Source: Antechinus flavipes
Taxonomy: Eukaryota
Assembly: GCF_016432865.1 (NCBI RefSeq)
Contig: NC_067403.1
Span: 256,246,001-256,310,000, forward strand
Direction of reading: 5' to 3'
Length of the DNA stretch: 64,000 nt
In this document: positions 10,616-23,471 of the stretch, in pieces
Position numbering within the stretch: position 1 is the first letter of the stretch
How the letters are laid out: each line of letters begins with the position of its first letter
Program-made: the position numbers and the translations under genes
Notes under the pieces: model-generated
Told to the model about the DNA's origin: nothing
The model's database searches: none
What the model saw: the letters and a program-made list of their open reading frames with translations, nothing else

Positions 10616-13600
10616 AAAGACTCGGGCCTCCCAAAGAAGAGAGAAATGATGGGCGGAATATGTGTGAGAGTGTCTGGGAATATGTATGTGCCTGGGTGTG
10701 TCTATTGTTTGTGTATGGGTGTGCAGGGGAGTCTATCAGTAATGCATGTACTATACACATGTTTACGGTCTGTAATAGCCGTTAGTGTGTACGCGTATGT
10801 CTGCACTCATGTATGGGGGCATCCGCATCGTGGGTATCTAAATGCATCTATGAGTACATTTGTGTGTACAGATAGGCTGGTCAGAGTTGGAGGCCACGCT
10901 TGGGACCCATAGGAAGGCATTAAAAGGGGAGAAGGACCTCATCGTCCTTATCCGATTGATCATAGGGGTTTTTTTACCTGGAAAAAATGGAAGGAAGCCT
11001 GGGGTCCAGTATATGCACGTATGTGAGTGTTTATCTTTCTATATGTATAAATATCCACCCTTAATTGCAGCCTTCTCTGGGGAGAGGAAAGGGGCAAAAA
11101 CGGACACGGCCGAGAAGAAGAGCAAACGCTTCGGGAAGCAAAGAACAACCGGCAGCTTTGAAAATAATGTCGACTATTTTTTATATCCATTTCTTCATAC
11201 TGTTTTCAGTCGAATCGTCTCTTCTGGTCCGCTGTCAACTGGGCAAGAAAAGAAAGTTTTTCTTTTCTCATTTTGTAGTCAAGTGAAAAATAAAAATGTT
11301 TCCCAAGACCCCAGCACGTCAACATCTCTGTATGTTAACTCCACTCGGCCATGGGGAAGTCTCCGGCCGACTCCTTGGAGAACAGAACTTCTTTATCTTG
11401 TTTGTTTGTTTGTTTTTGAGGGGGTTATTTTTCAATGAATGTTGTCCTGTGGTTTTCCTGGATTTCCAGCTAAAGATTTCCATTGGACAACATCACTCAG
11501 GGTGAAGCCGGAAGGACTCAGGGAGCCCCACGGGGGATCGGGGCTTTTCTGCTGCTTAATGACTGGAGCCAGAGGCCTGGATGTGCCCATCAGATTTTCA
11601 GGCAACCCAGGGCGGACAGTGTGGAGATCCTGTTGTTCAGTGCAGTGGTCGGCCATTTCCTTCTCCAGCTGATTCTACAGATGAGGAACTGAGGCGGTCG
11701 GGAGGAAGGACTTGTCCAGGGACACACGACTAGGCAGGATTTGCACTCAGAGGAGCCTGAGGCCCTGGCCACCCTGTAGAATGTGGGGGCACGTGGAGTC
11801 CAACGGGAACAAAGGGCAAAGTGGAAGGGACACATTTCAGCTTAATATTTTTAACATCCCAAGGCAGAATGGGCTGCCCTGGATGGTAGTGAGCTCCCCA
11901 TCCTAGGAGGGCTCCAAAGAAAGGCACTCCATGGGTATCCTCTGTTCCGTTTTTATTCATCTATTTGGCCACTGAAGTCCTGGAGGTTCTGTGATTTTGG
12001 GAAACAGCATATTGCTGTCAGTGATCCGGACCCCGGCTTGTCTGTTTACTGTCAAGTCATTCCATCCAAGCCTCCTTTTCCGATCTCTGAAGATGAATCC
12101 CTCCCTTGCCGGAGAGGAGCCCGAAGGAAACCACTGCTTAAAAAGGTATAGATGGATGCGCAAGCGTCCCCCCATCGGGGGGATGGGGAGGCAGGTCATC
12201 CTGGAGTAGCGCGGAAAAAAATCTGGGGGTCTCAGGGGATGGCAAGCCGAGGACGAGTCAGGAGTGGGAAGGGGCAGCCAAGAAGGCTCACGGACTTGGG
12301 CTAAATCAGGAGGGGCTGGGCTTCCAGTAAGGAGGCAGCCATCCCTGCCGCCGTCCCCCTCTCCAGGAGCCCTCACCACACCCTTGGGCTCCACACGTCG
12401 GAGGATGCTCTTCCCTCTAACTGGATCGCTCCTCCCCAAGCCCCACTTTGAGGAGTCAGCTGGGGCCAGTCAAGCCTCCTTCCTGTTCCAGAGCGGTTCT
12501 TCCGAGAGGCCGGAGCAGGCCCGAGGAGGGCCTGGGGGTCCGGGGCAAGAGGGGCCAGAGAAAGGAGGCCCAAGCCGTGGCTGCTGGGGGGGGGGGTTCT
12601 CTTTTTAAGCTTACATCGGAAAGAGAAGAAAGTAGGGGGGAAGCTCGTTTCAGGCGGACGTGATATTTTGGTATCCCCAGCGCTGCGCGGTTCTCCTCGG
12701 TTTACGCTGAGGGACCTGGGGCCATGAGCCAGTCCAACCCTCGCATTTTACAGAAGAGGAAACTAAGAGATGAGCCCGGGAAGAGAGTGACCGGGCTCAC
12801 AGAGGCCAGGCCGGCCAGAAACAACGGCGGCCGGAGGCTCAGTCCAGTGCTCAGACCACAGGCAGCACCGTCCGTTAGCATCCCCGGCCGCCTGTTCCGG
12901 GGCCTGCGGCTCCCAGCTGCCGCCAAGCTGAGATTCCACGGAGCCTGAGCCCAATATACAGACTTCTGAGCAGTCGGTGACCTAAACCTGCCGCCCCATG
13001 AGAGGCCTTCCAGCCGCCCCCAGAGCAGCCGGGTCGCAAAGCTTCTCTGAACACGCGGGGAAGTCTGTTGAAANNNNNNNNNNNNNNNNNNNNNNNNNNN
13101 NNNNNNNNNNNNNNNNNNNNNNNNNNNNNNNNNNNNNNNNNNNNNNNNNNNNNNNNNNNNNNNNNNNNNNNNNNNNNNNNNNNNNNNNNNNNNNNNNNNN
13201 NNNNNNNNNNNNNNNNNNNNNNNNNNCAAGAGTTTCTGCTGAGGAGAAGTGGGGCAGACTTGGCCTGGAGCGGGGCACTCTTGGAGGAGGGGGCGGACTC
13301 TGGGCCAGGGACCCCTCTTCCCTCCCCCCACCCTGGGGTCATTCCCCACCCAGGCGGGCTGCAGGTTCTGAGAGGTTCAGGCCCACCTGACAGGAGGAGG
13401 CTGCTGCCAGCTCAGGGGAAGAGCTTTTGGGTGAGCCCGCCTCCCCTGACCTCCTCCCCACCCCCCTCTGCTCCTCCCTGGGGGGACTCCGGGTAACAGG
13501 CCCCAGCAGCTCCTCCCCCCCACGGAGGATGAGCTGGACCAGGAGAACTGGAAGGACTCGAGCGGCTCCTCCCCGAGGCACAAACAGACCTGCCCGCTTC

Positions 13601-15454
13601 TCCCTGTGCCAGCGGTAATAACAGGGCAAAAGGAGCGGGCCCCGCCTGGCACTCGGAACAAGAGGGAGGAGCCGGCGCGGGCCGACGAGGAAGCCTGTGG
13701 CCGGCCGGCGGCCCTTCCTCGGGCCTGGCGCTGGACGCCAACGCGCTCTTGCTTCAGCGCCTCCGCCCCAAGCCGGACCGGTATTTCCTGCCCCTTCCCC
13801 GAGGGAGCTCCCCCACTAAGCCTGGGTGGCCCCCAACCCTTGGGCGAGCGTCTCTGAGCCCTCGCCGGGGGCCGTCTGGGTAGCGAGGGTCCCAGAGGCC
13901 TGGTGGGAGGAGCGGGAGCGGTCCCACTGTGTGCACACGCGGGTGTCTGGCTCTCCTCCCCCTCTCCCAGAGCCGCCCAATGCCCCCCAGTCCGGTTGCC
14001 CTCCTGCCAGCCTCCCGGACTCTCCTGCTCGCCCTGTTATTACTGGGCTGCCTTTAGTCACCAGAGCCTGTGACTGTCAACAACATGCTTTCCTTGCCAG
14101 GGGCCCGTGAGGCGGCGCAAGCCCCACTGTGGCCAGCTGAGGAAACCGAGGCGCATAGAGGGGAACTGGCCAGTGGGCCAGAGGCCGGAGCCGTCCGGGA
14201 AGCTGTGGAAGAGGCCATGGGGGCGGGACTCCGGGGGTCCCTGAACCCGTCCTCCCCCTGCTGAGAGCCGCCTGTGCTGCCTCCTCCCGGGCCCCCAAAG
14301 GGCTGTGCCCGAGGGGCCGGAGACCAAGTCTCCTTTGGAGAAGCCGGGAGCAGACTCGGGCTCCTGCCTAGAAGGCGCCAGGGAAGCCGGTGGCTGGGGA
14401 TGGAGAGGGGGCCAGGCTGGGTCAGGAGGGCCCAAGTTCAAATTCAGATTCAGATGCTTGACAGTCACCTGCTGTCATAGGGAGGGGAAGGGGGAGGGGA
14501 AGGGGGTTTCCGGGCCCTGGAGGGCTTTCCTAACCATTCCAATTGGCCGAGAGCTTCCCCTCAGTGGGGTCTTCAGGGGCCGCGACCATTTGCCCCTGAC
14601 TCGGGCTCTCTGGGGCCCTTCTGGAGCCGGGGTTCGGGACTCAGAAATCAGGCGATTTTCCGGGAAATCCTAGCGCTCCTGGAGGCACTTTGACTCTCGC
14701 CTCGGAGCCGGGCCTGCTCTCCCACTGCCTCCTTGGGCCTCCCGGAGAGTCGGGGCCGCTTGTTTACTGCTTTCTTGGCCCGAGGCTTGGGGGGGGGGGG
14801 GGGCGGGGCGGGGATGCCGGGCCTGTCATCTGCCTCCCGAGCCACAGGAGGCCAAGCTGTCACTCAGGTTCGGTGGGTCCCGCCCTCCCCCAGACGGCCG
14901 GGGAGACAAACACGGGCTGACTCATGGAGCCTCTCCACTTCTCCAAGGGCTCTCGGGCGGAAGATGCCCCGGAAAGCCCAGTTCCCATCCTCGTCTTCGC
15001 CCGCCCAGGACGGAGGGTCCCCGAGGAGCGGAGGCCCCTGAATGCCCCCTGCACCAGGGGAAGCAGCGGGAGCCGGGCCGGCCCAGGAGGAGGCCGCGTC
15101 CGGCCTCGGGCAGCCAGGAAGGGGCCAGGGACTGGCCTCTCCCCCGCCCTGGGAGCCACGGGAGCCTCCAGGGGCTCCCACCCTCCCGGGCTTTCTCAGC
15201 CCCGTCAGGCTTGGAGCGCTTCCACGGCTTTCATGCGGCCCCTCCCACTGGGGCTTTTTTCTAACCCAAATCTCTTTCGAAATCTCCTGCCCGAGGGATT
15301 TTCCGACACCTCCCAGCTTGGAATCAACCTGCTGTTTACTGGGCCAGAGAGCTGCCCCCCCTCCCCCAGTGCCCGAGTCCTGGGCGGCCGATCCCAGCAC
15401 CCCGGGGGCGCCCCTGCAGGGAACACAGGCCAGGCCAGAAGGGGAAGGGTCTGA

Positions 15455-15520
15455 GAGGAGCCAGTCAGTCAGTCAGTCAGCAAACCCTTACTGAGCGCCT
15501 ACTGTGGGCGGCACTGGGGA
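15455..15520 (-). mobile_element. L2 3'-end fragment
   Basis: (agtc)4 followed by caaacccttactgagcgcctactgtgggcggcactggg, the typical reverse-strand L2 tail. Confidence 0.6.
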
Positions 15521-18500
15521 GCTGGAAAACGTGGCGCCCACGGGACAGACCGGCCTCCGCCGCGGAAAGGAAGGCCCCAGCACGCCGGGACCGCAAAGGC
15601 CTCCTGTAGGGAGGACTTGAAGGAAGCCTGGAGGGGGAGGGGGGTGCCGGGCCCAGGGGTCACAACCCCTACACGGGGCTCCCCTTCCCCATGGGGACGG
15701 GCCCACGAGGATCCCTGACCCACTTCTCCCTGCCCGGAGCAGCCAAGGCCCGGAGAACTGGGTCAGTGTCTCATTATCTGAGTGAACCGAGAGGGCCGTT
15801 GCCTTGGAGCCGACAGTGCCCCCGGCTCGTGGTGCCCCTGCCCCGGGGGGAGGGCTGCCCGCAGTGGGGGGCGCCTGGGCCGCGGTTTCTCCCCACAAAG
15901 TCCGAGAACATTGTTTTTAGGTCAGTCGCGATGCCCTCGCCCAGGGACTTGCCCAACTCTGATGTTAAACACCTGTTTCCCAAGTGCAGGGGAAAGAGCA
16001 CTGGAAGCAAAGGTGCCCGTCCTGGCCTGCGGGTCCCGCTTTATCATCTGTCCCACGGCGCCTTCTGAAGGGCCCGGCTGGGACCCGAGAACAGCCCTGA
16101 GCTCGGCCCAAGCTCCTTCGCCCTCCAGCCGAGGCTCCTTCTAGGGGACGGGGAGGAAGGAGGGCCGCCTGCTCCTCCCACTCACACCCAGGGAAAGGCG
16201 CCGGCTCCGCTCCTGGCACCCGGTGCTTGGGGAAGCGGAAAGTCCTGGGCTGGGGCTGCGGGGGCGGGCGCCTGGGGGACCAGGAGGCTCCGGAGGTGCC
16301 GCGAACCTCACTGGGCCGGGGCGCAGCCTCGGACAAACATAGAGCAGCCGCAAGAGACACACTAAGCGCCGACGCCTGGCACACAGTCAGTGCTGCTGGG
16401 GGCGAGACCCACGCGGGCAAGGGAGTGACGCAACATCTCCAGTCACCTGGGTGGGGGTGGGGAACCCCCCACGACGGGATGAGTTGGACTTGGGTCTTCT
16501 GGGAATGTTCCTCAACTCGTTGCCCGGGAATGCTCCTGGATGCCCTAAAGATGGTGAGATCACAGGGGAAGGGGGCGGCCCGCCGGGCCTGCTCTGCCCC
16601 TTTAATCCCCAAATGGGTGCTCCCACCCAGAGCAAGGACTGAGTGATCTGGGGGGGGGGGCGGCTCCAGGTCTGTTGGGAATCCCCCACTCCCAGTCAGC
16701 GGGGGACGTCCCCCAGGGGGCCTCCTTATTGCTCCACATAGAGGTTCCCAAAGCCACTGCTCCCGGGAGCCCTTTCTCCTTCCTTGGGCTTGATAATTAC
16801 GGGCTGCTCAGGCAGAACCGGCCCGGGGACTGAGGCTGCTCCTCCACCTTTGGTGGCCGCTGTCCGGCTCTCCCCGGGGCTCCCGGAGCTGCAGCCACAC
16901 CCACGGGCTAACGGGGGGCGGGAGGTGGGGGTGGGGACTTTCCGGGGGAGGGGGTCGAGAACAGTGGCTCCGCGAGGCAGGCGGGCGGCTGCAGACCTGG
17001 GGTCGCCCGCTGCATCTCGGGGCAGTCGCCCCGGACTTCATGCCTCGGAAGAGACCTCGTCCACCCGGAGGGAAGACCTGCCCTGGGACTCCCTCGGCCC
17101 CTTTTGAGAACCAAGGGCAGACCACCATGAGATGTCCCCTCCGGCTCCTCGGGCTCCTCCAAATGTCACTGATTCTCCTTCCAAAGCAGGCAGACCGGGG
17201 CCGGTCCCGTTACCTTTCCCTGCCCACTGATCTCCCTTGCCTCAGGAGCTCCGAGGACCCCCGGGGGGACAATCAGTTCCTGGGGGACCCGCCGAGCGTG
17301 GAGCCTCCGAGGGGAGCGGACTCCCCGGCCAGGCTCTCCCGGGAGGCCACAGTCACACTGGAGGCTGCCCGGTCCCTGGGCAGAGGTCGCCTTCTGCCCC
17401 TCTGTCCCCACTGAACTTTGACACCTGGTTGACCTTGCGTCCCATCAGGCTGAGTCAGTCCCTCCTGTCCTCCCTGGAACACGCTCCCATCAAAGGGGCC
17501 CAGAGGAAGCCCATTTCTCATCCAACCTGTGATTAGCTCCTGTTACAAGGGATGACATGGACCCATGCGTCAGAGTCCCAAGATGGCGGAGGCTTTCCAT
17601 GAAGACACGGGCTCCCTCCTGCGCCATCGTTCCCCTCGTCCTGGGCCGCAGAGCCCGCCGCGGAGCCCAGAACGGGTCAGAACGCTGCCCTCTGCCACAC
17701 ACGGGCACTCGTGCCCCCCTTTCCCCGTTTGCCAAAAACTTAGGGCAACAGAGGCGAAGCGATCACCTCACACCCCCGGCTAAATCGGGGTGAAAAAAAG
17801 CAGGGGCCCCACCTGCCGGTGCCGGGCCTGAGGTGCCGCCGTCCTTCCGCCTGACGCCAGGTGTCTGGGAGCTCGGCCCCTGGGGCAAAGCCCGGCTCTG
17901 GCCAGGGAGTCAACCTGCCTGGTCCCGCCCCCGAACAGGATCCGGGCCGCGTTCTTCCCCAAACTCTGTAAATAACTGAGACGCTGGGGCCGGAGTCCCG
18001 GCAGCCAAGGGCTTCACTGTGGGGAGAGCCCGGAGGCGTGGCTCCTGTCCTTCGGCGGGACACCCATCAACCGCTTTAACGAGCCCATAAACTCCCGAGG
18101 GACTCCTCACATCTGACAGTGAGGTCTGGGGTTCAGAGGCTTCCTCGGGAAATCAAAGCGGCTGCCCCTGACTCACTCCTGGCTGTTTCCTCTAAGGTCA
18201 GCTGCCTCCTCTTCTCGGCAGCCGGGTAACAGATCTCGGCCGGGGACCCTCCTCCTCCTCCTTCTCCTTCCTCCTCCTCCTCCTCCTCCTGCTTCTCTCC
18301 TGTGTAGACGGCTTCGCTGGCCACCAGCCTTTTCCGGGCCTTCCCTGGGAGATGGCGGTCCCCAAGCCCCCTGTGGATCCTGGCTGCCGCTAACGGTTGT
18401 TTCTGCGTGGTCTCTCCCGTCAGACCGGGTGCTCCCTGAGGGCAGGGGCCGTGTCCTTGTCTCCCTCGCCCTTAGCACAGTGCCTAGAACAGGCTTGTTC

Positions 18501-20029
18501 TTACCCAGGGAAGTTCGGGGCCCCTCTCCTCCAAAATGTGGTGGAAAGGCCCGAAGGCCTGGAGGGTGGAGGGGAGGCCGTTTCTCCTCTGTCCCAATGT
18601 TCTCCTTGGCCCCCTTCTCTGGAAGGCCCCGGGCTGCCCCCGACCCCGTTCTGCGGAGCCTTAGTCCTTAATATCAGAAACCGATCGGAGGCTTCCGAGC
18701 GAGACCCTGCCCTCCCCCTCCCCCCCATGAAAGCCTCGGCCCTCGTGGCCGGGCCCTGGAGCTGCCCGGATTGCGCTGCCCTCGGTAAGGCCGCTCGAGT
18801 GACTGTGACTGATCCAAGGGCATCTTCCCTCTGGGCCCAGCAATGACTCCCCTCCTCCCCCACCTGATGGCCCAAGACCAGGAGTCGGCCCAGATGAGGA
18901 CGGCCCTTCCTGGATCGTCCCATGCTCGTCTCACAGCTCAAGCCAGACTCTCATCCTTTGAAGAAACTGAAACAGAGCTGGTGACCTGCCCGGGGTCATT
19001 CGGCTAGTCAGTGTCTGAAGCAGGATTTGAATTCAGGTCTCTCCAGGGATCCCGGGGGGCCCCCCTGGGCAATGGAAAAAGCTTAGTGTGTAGACTGGGG
19101 GGATCATGGAGTCCTGGACGGTCCCCCAGGCACAAGGGGCGGCTGCTTGGGCGGGCAGCCCAGGGAAGCCCAGATCCCGGGCAGCCGCCATGGGCTTGGG
19201 GAGCTTTTTCAAGTTTGCCAAGCATTCCCAGCCCCTCTAGAGAGAAGGGCCTCCCTCCTGACTAGAGCCGAGTGTGGGGGCGATCCCAGTTTCACTCCTT
19301 GCCTCCTCCTCCAAACCCCTCCAGGGCACATGCCAGGCCCTTGTCTGGGCCCATCTCAAAGGCTGCCGGGAGGGTGGAGGGGCAGGGCACCAGAGTGCCC
19401 CCAGAGGGCCGGGGGGGCATGAAAAGCGTGCCAGGGGCCGTGTCTCATCCGGGCTCTCGGGCCCTTGCCCACCCTCCCACAGAAGCACCTCCCCGTGCGG
19501 GTATCTCCCCTTACCTGGACCTCTTCCCATCCTTCCCCTCTGGGTAAGTGCTCTCACTTGCTTCCTTCTTCTTTTCTTAAATGTAAGAAAAGCCAGGGTG
19601 GGATCCTTCGCCTTCCAGTCCCACGGAAGCTGCAAACACAAGAGAAGGTAGATTTGGGGTCAGAACTCTGGGGCTGCAGCCAGGGACCACGGAGGCTTCT
19701 CCTGTGAGCCCCCGACTGAGCCCCTGCCCCCGCCCCTCCCCGAGAGCGTGGGACCAGCTCCCCTTTGTTTTGGGAATTCCCCCGGAATATCCCAGACAAT
19801 GGCTAGCGGGTGCCCCCGGCCAGCAGGAGACTGTGAGCTGCATGAGGGCAGGCCCCGGCCCCGCTGATGCCCAAACAGTGCTCGGCACATGCTCGGTGCA
19901 GGGCGAAGGATGCAGAGCCAGGAAGAGCCGGCCACCCACATTACGGGTCGGGGCGAACCAATCAATCCCAGGGCCTGGTGCTGAGGGCTTCTGCCGCTTC
20001 TCCCCAGAGACAATCTCTCAGCACTCAAG

Positions 20030-20515
20030 TTCCTTTTCTTTTCTTTCTTTTAAATTATTAAAGCCTTTTGTTTTTAAACAGAAACCCGGATAATTTATCA
20101 ACATTGACCCTTGCATAGCCTCGTGTTCCAAACGTTCCCCACCCCCTCCCCTAGACGGTAAGCAATGCAATATATGTTGTACGTGTTAAAATATACGTTA
20201 AATCCAATATGTGTAAATATATTTATACAGCGATCTTGCTGCACAAGAAAAATCAGATCAAAAAGGAAAGAAAAGTGGATGCAAGGAGAGTGAGAATGCC
20301 AGGCTGTGAGCCGCACTCAGTCCCGGGAGGCACAGACGGCTCTCTCCATCCCGAGATCATCGGAACCGGCCCAGACCGGCTCATTGTTGGAGAGCCACTA
20401 CCGGCAGAATTGATCGAGGTGTAATCTTGCTGTTGCCGTGGACAACGCTCTCCGGGTTCTGCTTCTTTCCCTCAGCATCAGTTCCTGGAGGTCTCTCCAC
20501 GCCTCTGTGCAATCC
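20030..20515 (-). mobile_element. LINE-1 3' end
   Basis: T-rich tail at 20030-20055. Reverse complement contains aactgatgctgagggaaagaagcagaacc and gatcaattctg, homologous to the L1 copies at 7240 and 10060. Confidence 0.85.
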
Positions 20516-22980
20516 TCCTTCAGCATTCAAGTTTAAACAAGGGCCCCCGTGTCCATTAAGATGCAGCTAAAGCCTTCTGGCCACAAAGCCTCCAGAGGCA
20601 CCAGCCCGAACAAGACCGTCCCACCCCAAGGCTGTGCTGCCACCTGGAGAAGCGGGGCTGGGGGAATGAGCAAGCCGGCTACGTGTCAAGATTCCCCCGG
20701 AGCTCAGGGACAGTGTTTCACGGTCTGGGGAATCCCCAGGTGAAGGAGCCCAAGGATCCTGGCACCCATGCTTGGGCGACTGGACCAGAACCCCGGAGGC
20801 CACTCTGACCAGGGAGCTCTTCCTCTCCACTATCTCCAAGGCAAACACTCAGCCCAGCTTGATAGGCCGCAGGGGCAAAGCTTTCAACATCTTCGAGGTC
20901 ATCTGGTGCCCGATGGGCATTGGCTGCCTTGTCTAGACCAACGTCCTTTCCAAAGGGTCTCCTAGAGACCTTCCAGCGGTGAATTCACCTGAACATGTGT
21001 GGGCCCTTCGGGGAAGAGCAGCCCAGGGGCTGAATTGTGCTCCGGGTCCCAGAGAGATGACTTTGAGCATTGGAGATCTGGGTTGTTTGGAGAGATGGGG
21101 ACAGAGGGGCAGAGGGGGTGGGGCTGGGGTGAGATGGCACCCCCCAGCCTCAGGCCTGGGAAAGATTCCCCCCCCTCCCCTCCCCCTGCCTCCCAGCCCT
21201 GCAGCCTTACAAAGAGCAGCTCCCCTTGGAGTTGAGCTCAGAGTTTTGGCGCCTTCCAGACCAAAGGGCCGGCCACTGACAGGTCCCAGAGGTCAGGTGA
21301 TAGACCCTCGTCCCCCACTCCCGATGACCTCTCCCATTTCTCCCTATTCCCTTCCTTTTCTCACATTTGACTTTATTTTTTTCACCTACGAGATGGTTTC
21401 CAGCATGCATTTCGATCAGATTCTGAGCCCCCCCTCGCTCCCCCTTCCCCAATCAGGAAGCAATCTGCATAAATCACACACGGACAACGCCAGCGGCTGT
21501 TAGCGCCCCCTTGGGGTGAGCCCCAGGAAGGAGCAGCGTGGCCCCAGCCCACCGAGATTGGGCGTGGGGCAGATAAAGGGGCTCCGGCCGGGGGCCCGGG
21601 GCTGTGAAGTCCCTGCCCCAGAGGGGTGGGCTCGGGCCCAGATCAATCTGCTGCATAAAAATCCTGTCCCCACTCAAGTAGGCAGGGCAGGAGCAGAGGT
21701 CCTGGGGCCAAGAACAGTGGGATTCAAATCTGACCCAGCTAGGGGATTCTGGGCACGTGCTGACCCCCTCTCGGCCTCAGTTTCCTCATCTGTAAAACAG
21801 GGATCACGAAGGTCCCTTTCTCCCAGGTGTGGGGAAGAACAAAGGCAGCCCTGAAAAGGTGGTCACGGTGCCCTCCTTGCCTCCATGCCCCTCCCCCACG
21901 CGGCCAGCTCTGGCTCTTAAAGCCTCGGACCTGAGTTCTGAAGCCGTGTCCTTCGTGGACCCGGACCTCGTCCTCCCGAACTGTGACAGGACTCGGGGAG
22001 GGGGGCAGCACGCACCCCCCCATTGCACACTCGAAGCCCAGCTCTTGTGCATCTCTGCCCCCCAAACCCCAGCACCCCCCAGGTTCTTAATGCCCGGATG
22101 AGGGAGTGAATGAGCCAAAGGATGAATGGGGGGAGGGGAGCAGGAGGTGGGGAGGGATGGGAGGGGAGCAGAGGCAGGAAGGGGCAGGAGCCAGGGGCCA
22201 GCTGCACCTTCTCCAGGGCAGAGATCGCACTTGGGGAAGAGAGAATGGGAGCAAATGCTCAGCCATAAGTCCTGGCCCCTTGGAGAGAAGGGGAGAGCCG
22301 CCCACCCCCACAGCTGTGGGGAGGAGCAGCAGCGCCCCCTGCTGGGAGGGCCCGACGTAGACAGGGCAGCACTGGGCAGGGAGATGGGGAATGCGAGTAT
22401 GTGCGCATATGTGCTTCGGTGGCATTTTCCGGCCTAAAACAGCAGCCCCGCCTGCGAGGGGGCACCAAGCCCTGGGACACAGCCCGGAAAAGCTGTGCTT
22501 GCCGTGGCCAGCCTGCCCTCGGTCCACCCAGGGCTGCCCACAGGCCTTTTCCTGGCAGCAGAGAATTGGAAGCGGGCTGCTGGCCCCTGATGCCGGCCGG
22601 CCCCCGATGCCCGCCCTGCAGGAGCCTGCTGAGGGGCTGAGGGACCTTGGGGGCCCGGGAAGCCCGGGAAGATTTGCCTGAGGTGATGTGGCCTTGTGGG
22701 AGTGGAAAGCCCAAGCTTCCCAGAAGAGCTGTGGGGGGAAGGGGGGGTGCCGTGGTCAGGTGGTCCTTCCTCCCATGACCAGGACTCGAGGGAGCTGAGG
22801 CCGCCACCAGCAGGTGGAGCAGACCCAAGGGGGTAGGGCTGGGGTCACCGGCCTCACTTTCCCCTGCAGAGCCAGAGGGTCCAGGGGCCAGAAACAGATC
22901 CGGACGCAGTGGGAGGCCTGGGCCTGCATAGGATAAGGCCTTAAATCTGTGATTGTGGCTGGGTAAGAAAGGAGGCGGAA

Positions 22981-23400
22981 TGTAAGGGTCAGGGGAGGAG
23001 CCTCCCAGAGCAAAAGAGGAAGTACTGAGACCTTGAAGCCCGAGGCAACCGGAAGTAATCTCTGCAGCCAGCAGGCACCGCCTCTTGAGCGGGAGCTCTG
23101 GTGGGATTGAGAATTCCCTTATTGGCTGCGCCTGTGACCTCACAGACCCTATGTAGCAGTGGGGACCAGGAAGTGGGTGGAGGTCGTTAGCAGTCGAGGC
23201 TGGAGGGAGGGCAGGGGGAGTGCAGGGCGTGAGCCCATGGAATAAAGACTTGTGCTTGCAAGCCGCTGTGTCCAGGCCCCCCCACCCCCACCCCCACCCC
23301 GAACAAGAACCGCTGCGCAGAGGTGGCAGGGCCCGGGACGGCCAAGGCCAGGGGTTGGTAAGCTGGCAATCAGTAACCTGGGGGGGGGGGGGGGGCTGCA
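22981..23400 (+). mobile_element. Putative 5' LTR of the ERV
   Basis: Begins TGTAAG (22981), AATAAA at 23241-23246, ends CA (~23400). Followed by a degenerate tRNA-Lys-type PBS (gcgccaacgtcggggg, ~23404-23419) and a gag-like start ATGGGTCCGGGCCTAAGT at 23472. Boundaries are inferred. Confidence 0.45.
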
Positions 23401-23471
23401 GCAGCGCCAACGTCGGGGGCAGGAGGGGAAGGTTCCCCAGACTCTGAGAGATGAGAAGGCAGAGAAGCATT

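Noticed and set aside
3412-13496. ORFs containing long X runs
   Set aside because: Produced by reading through N gaps.
20540-20980. Possible additional degenerate LINE fragment
   Set aside because: No diagnostic motif could be recovered by eye.
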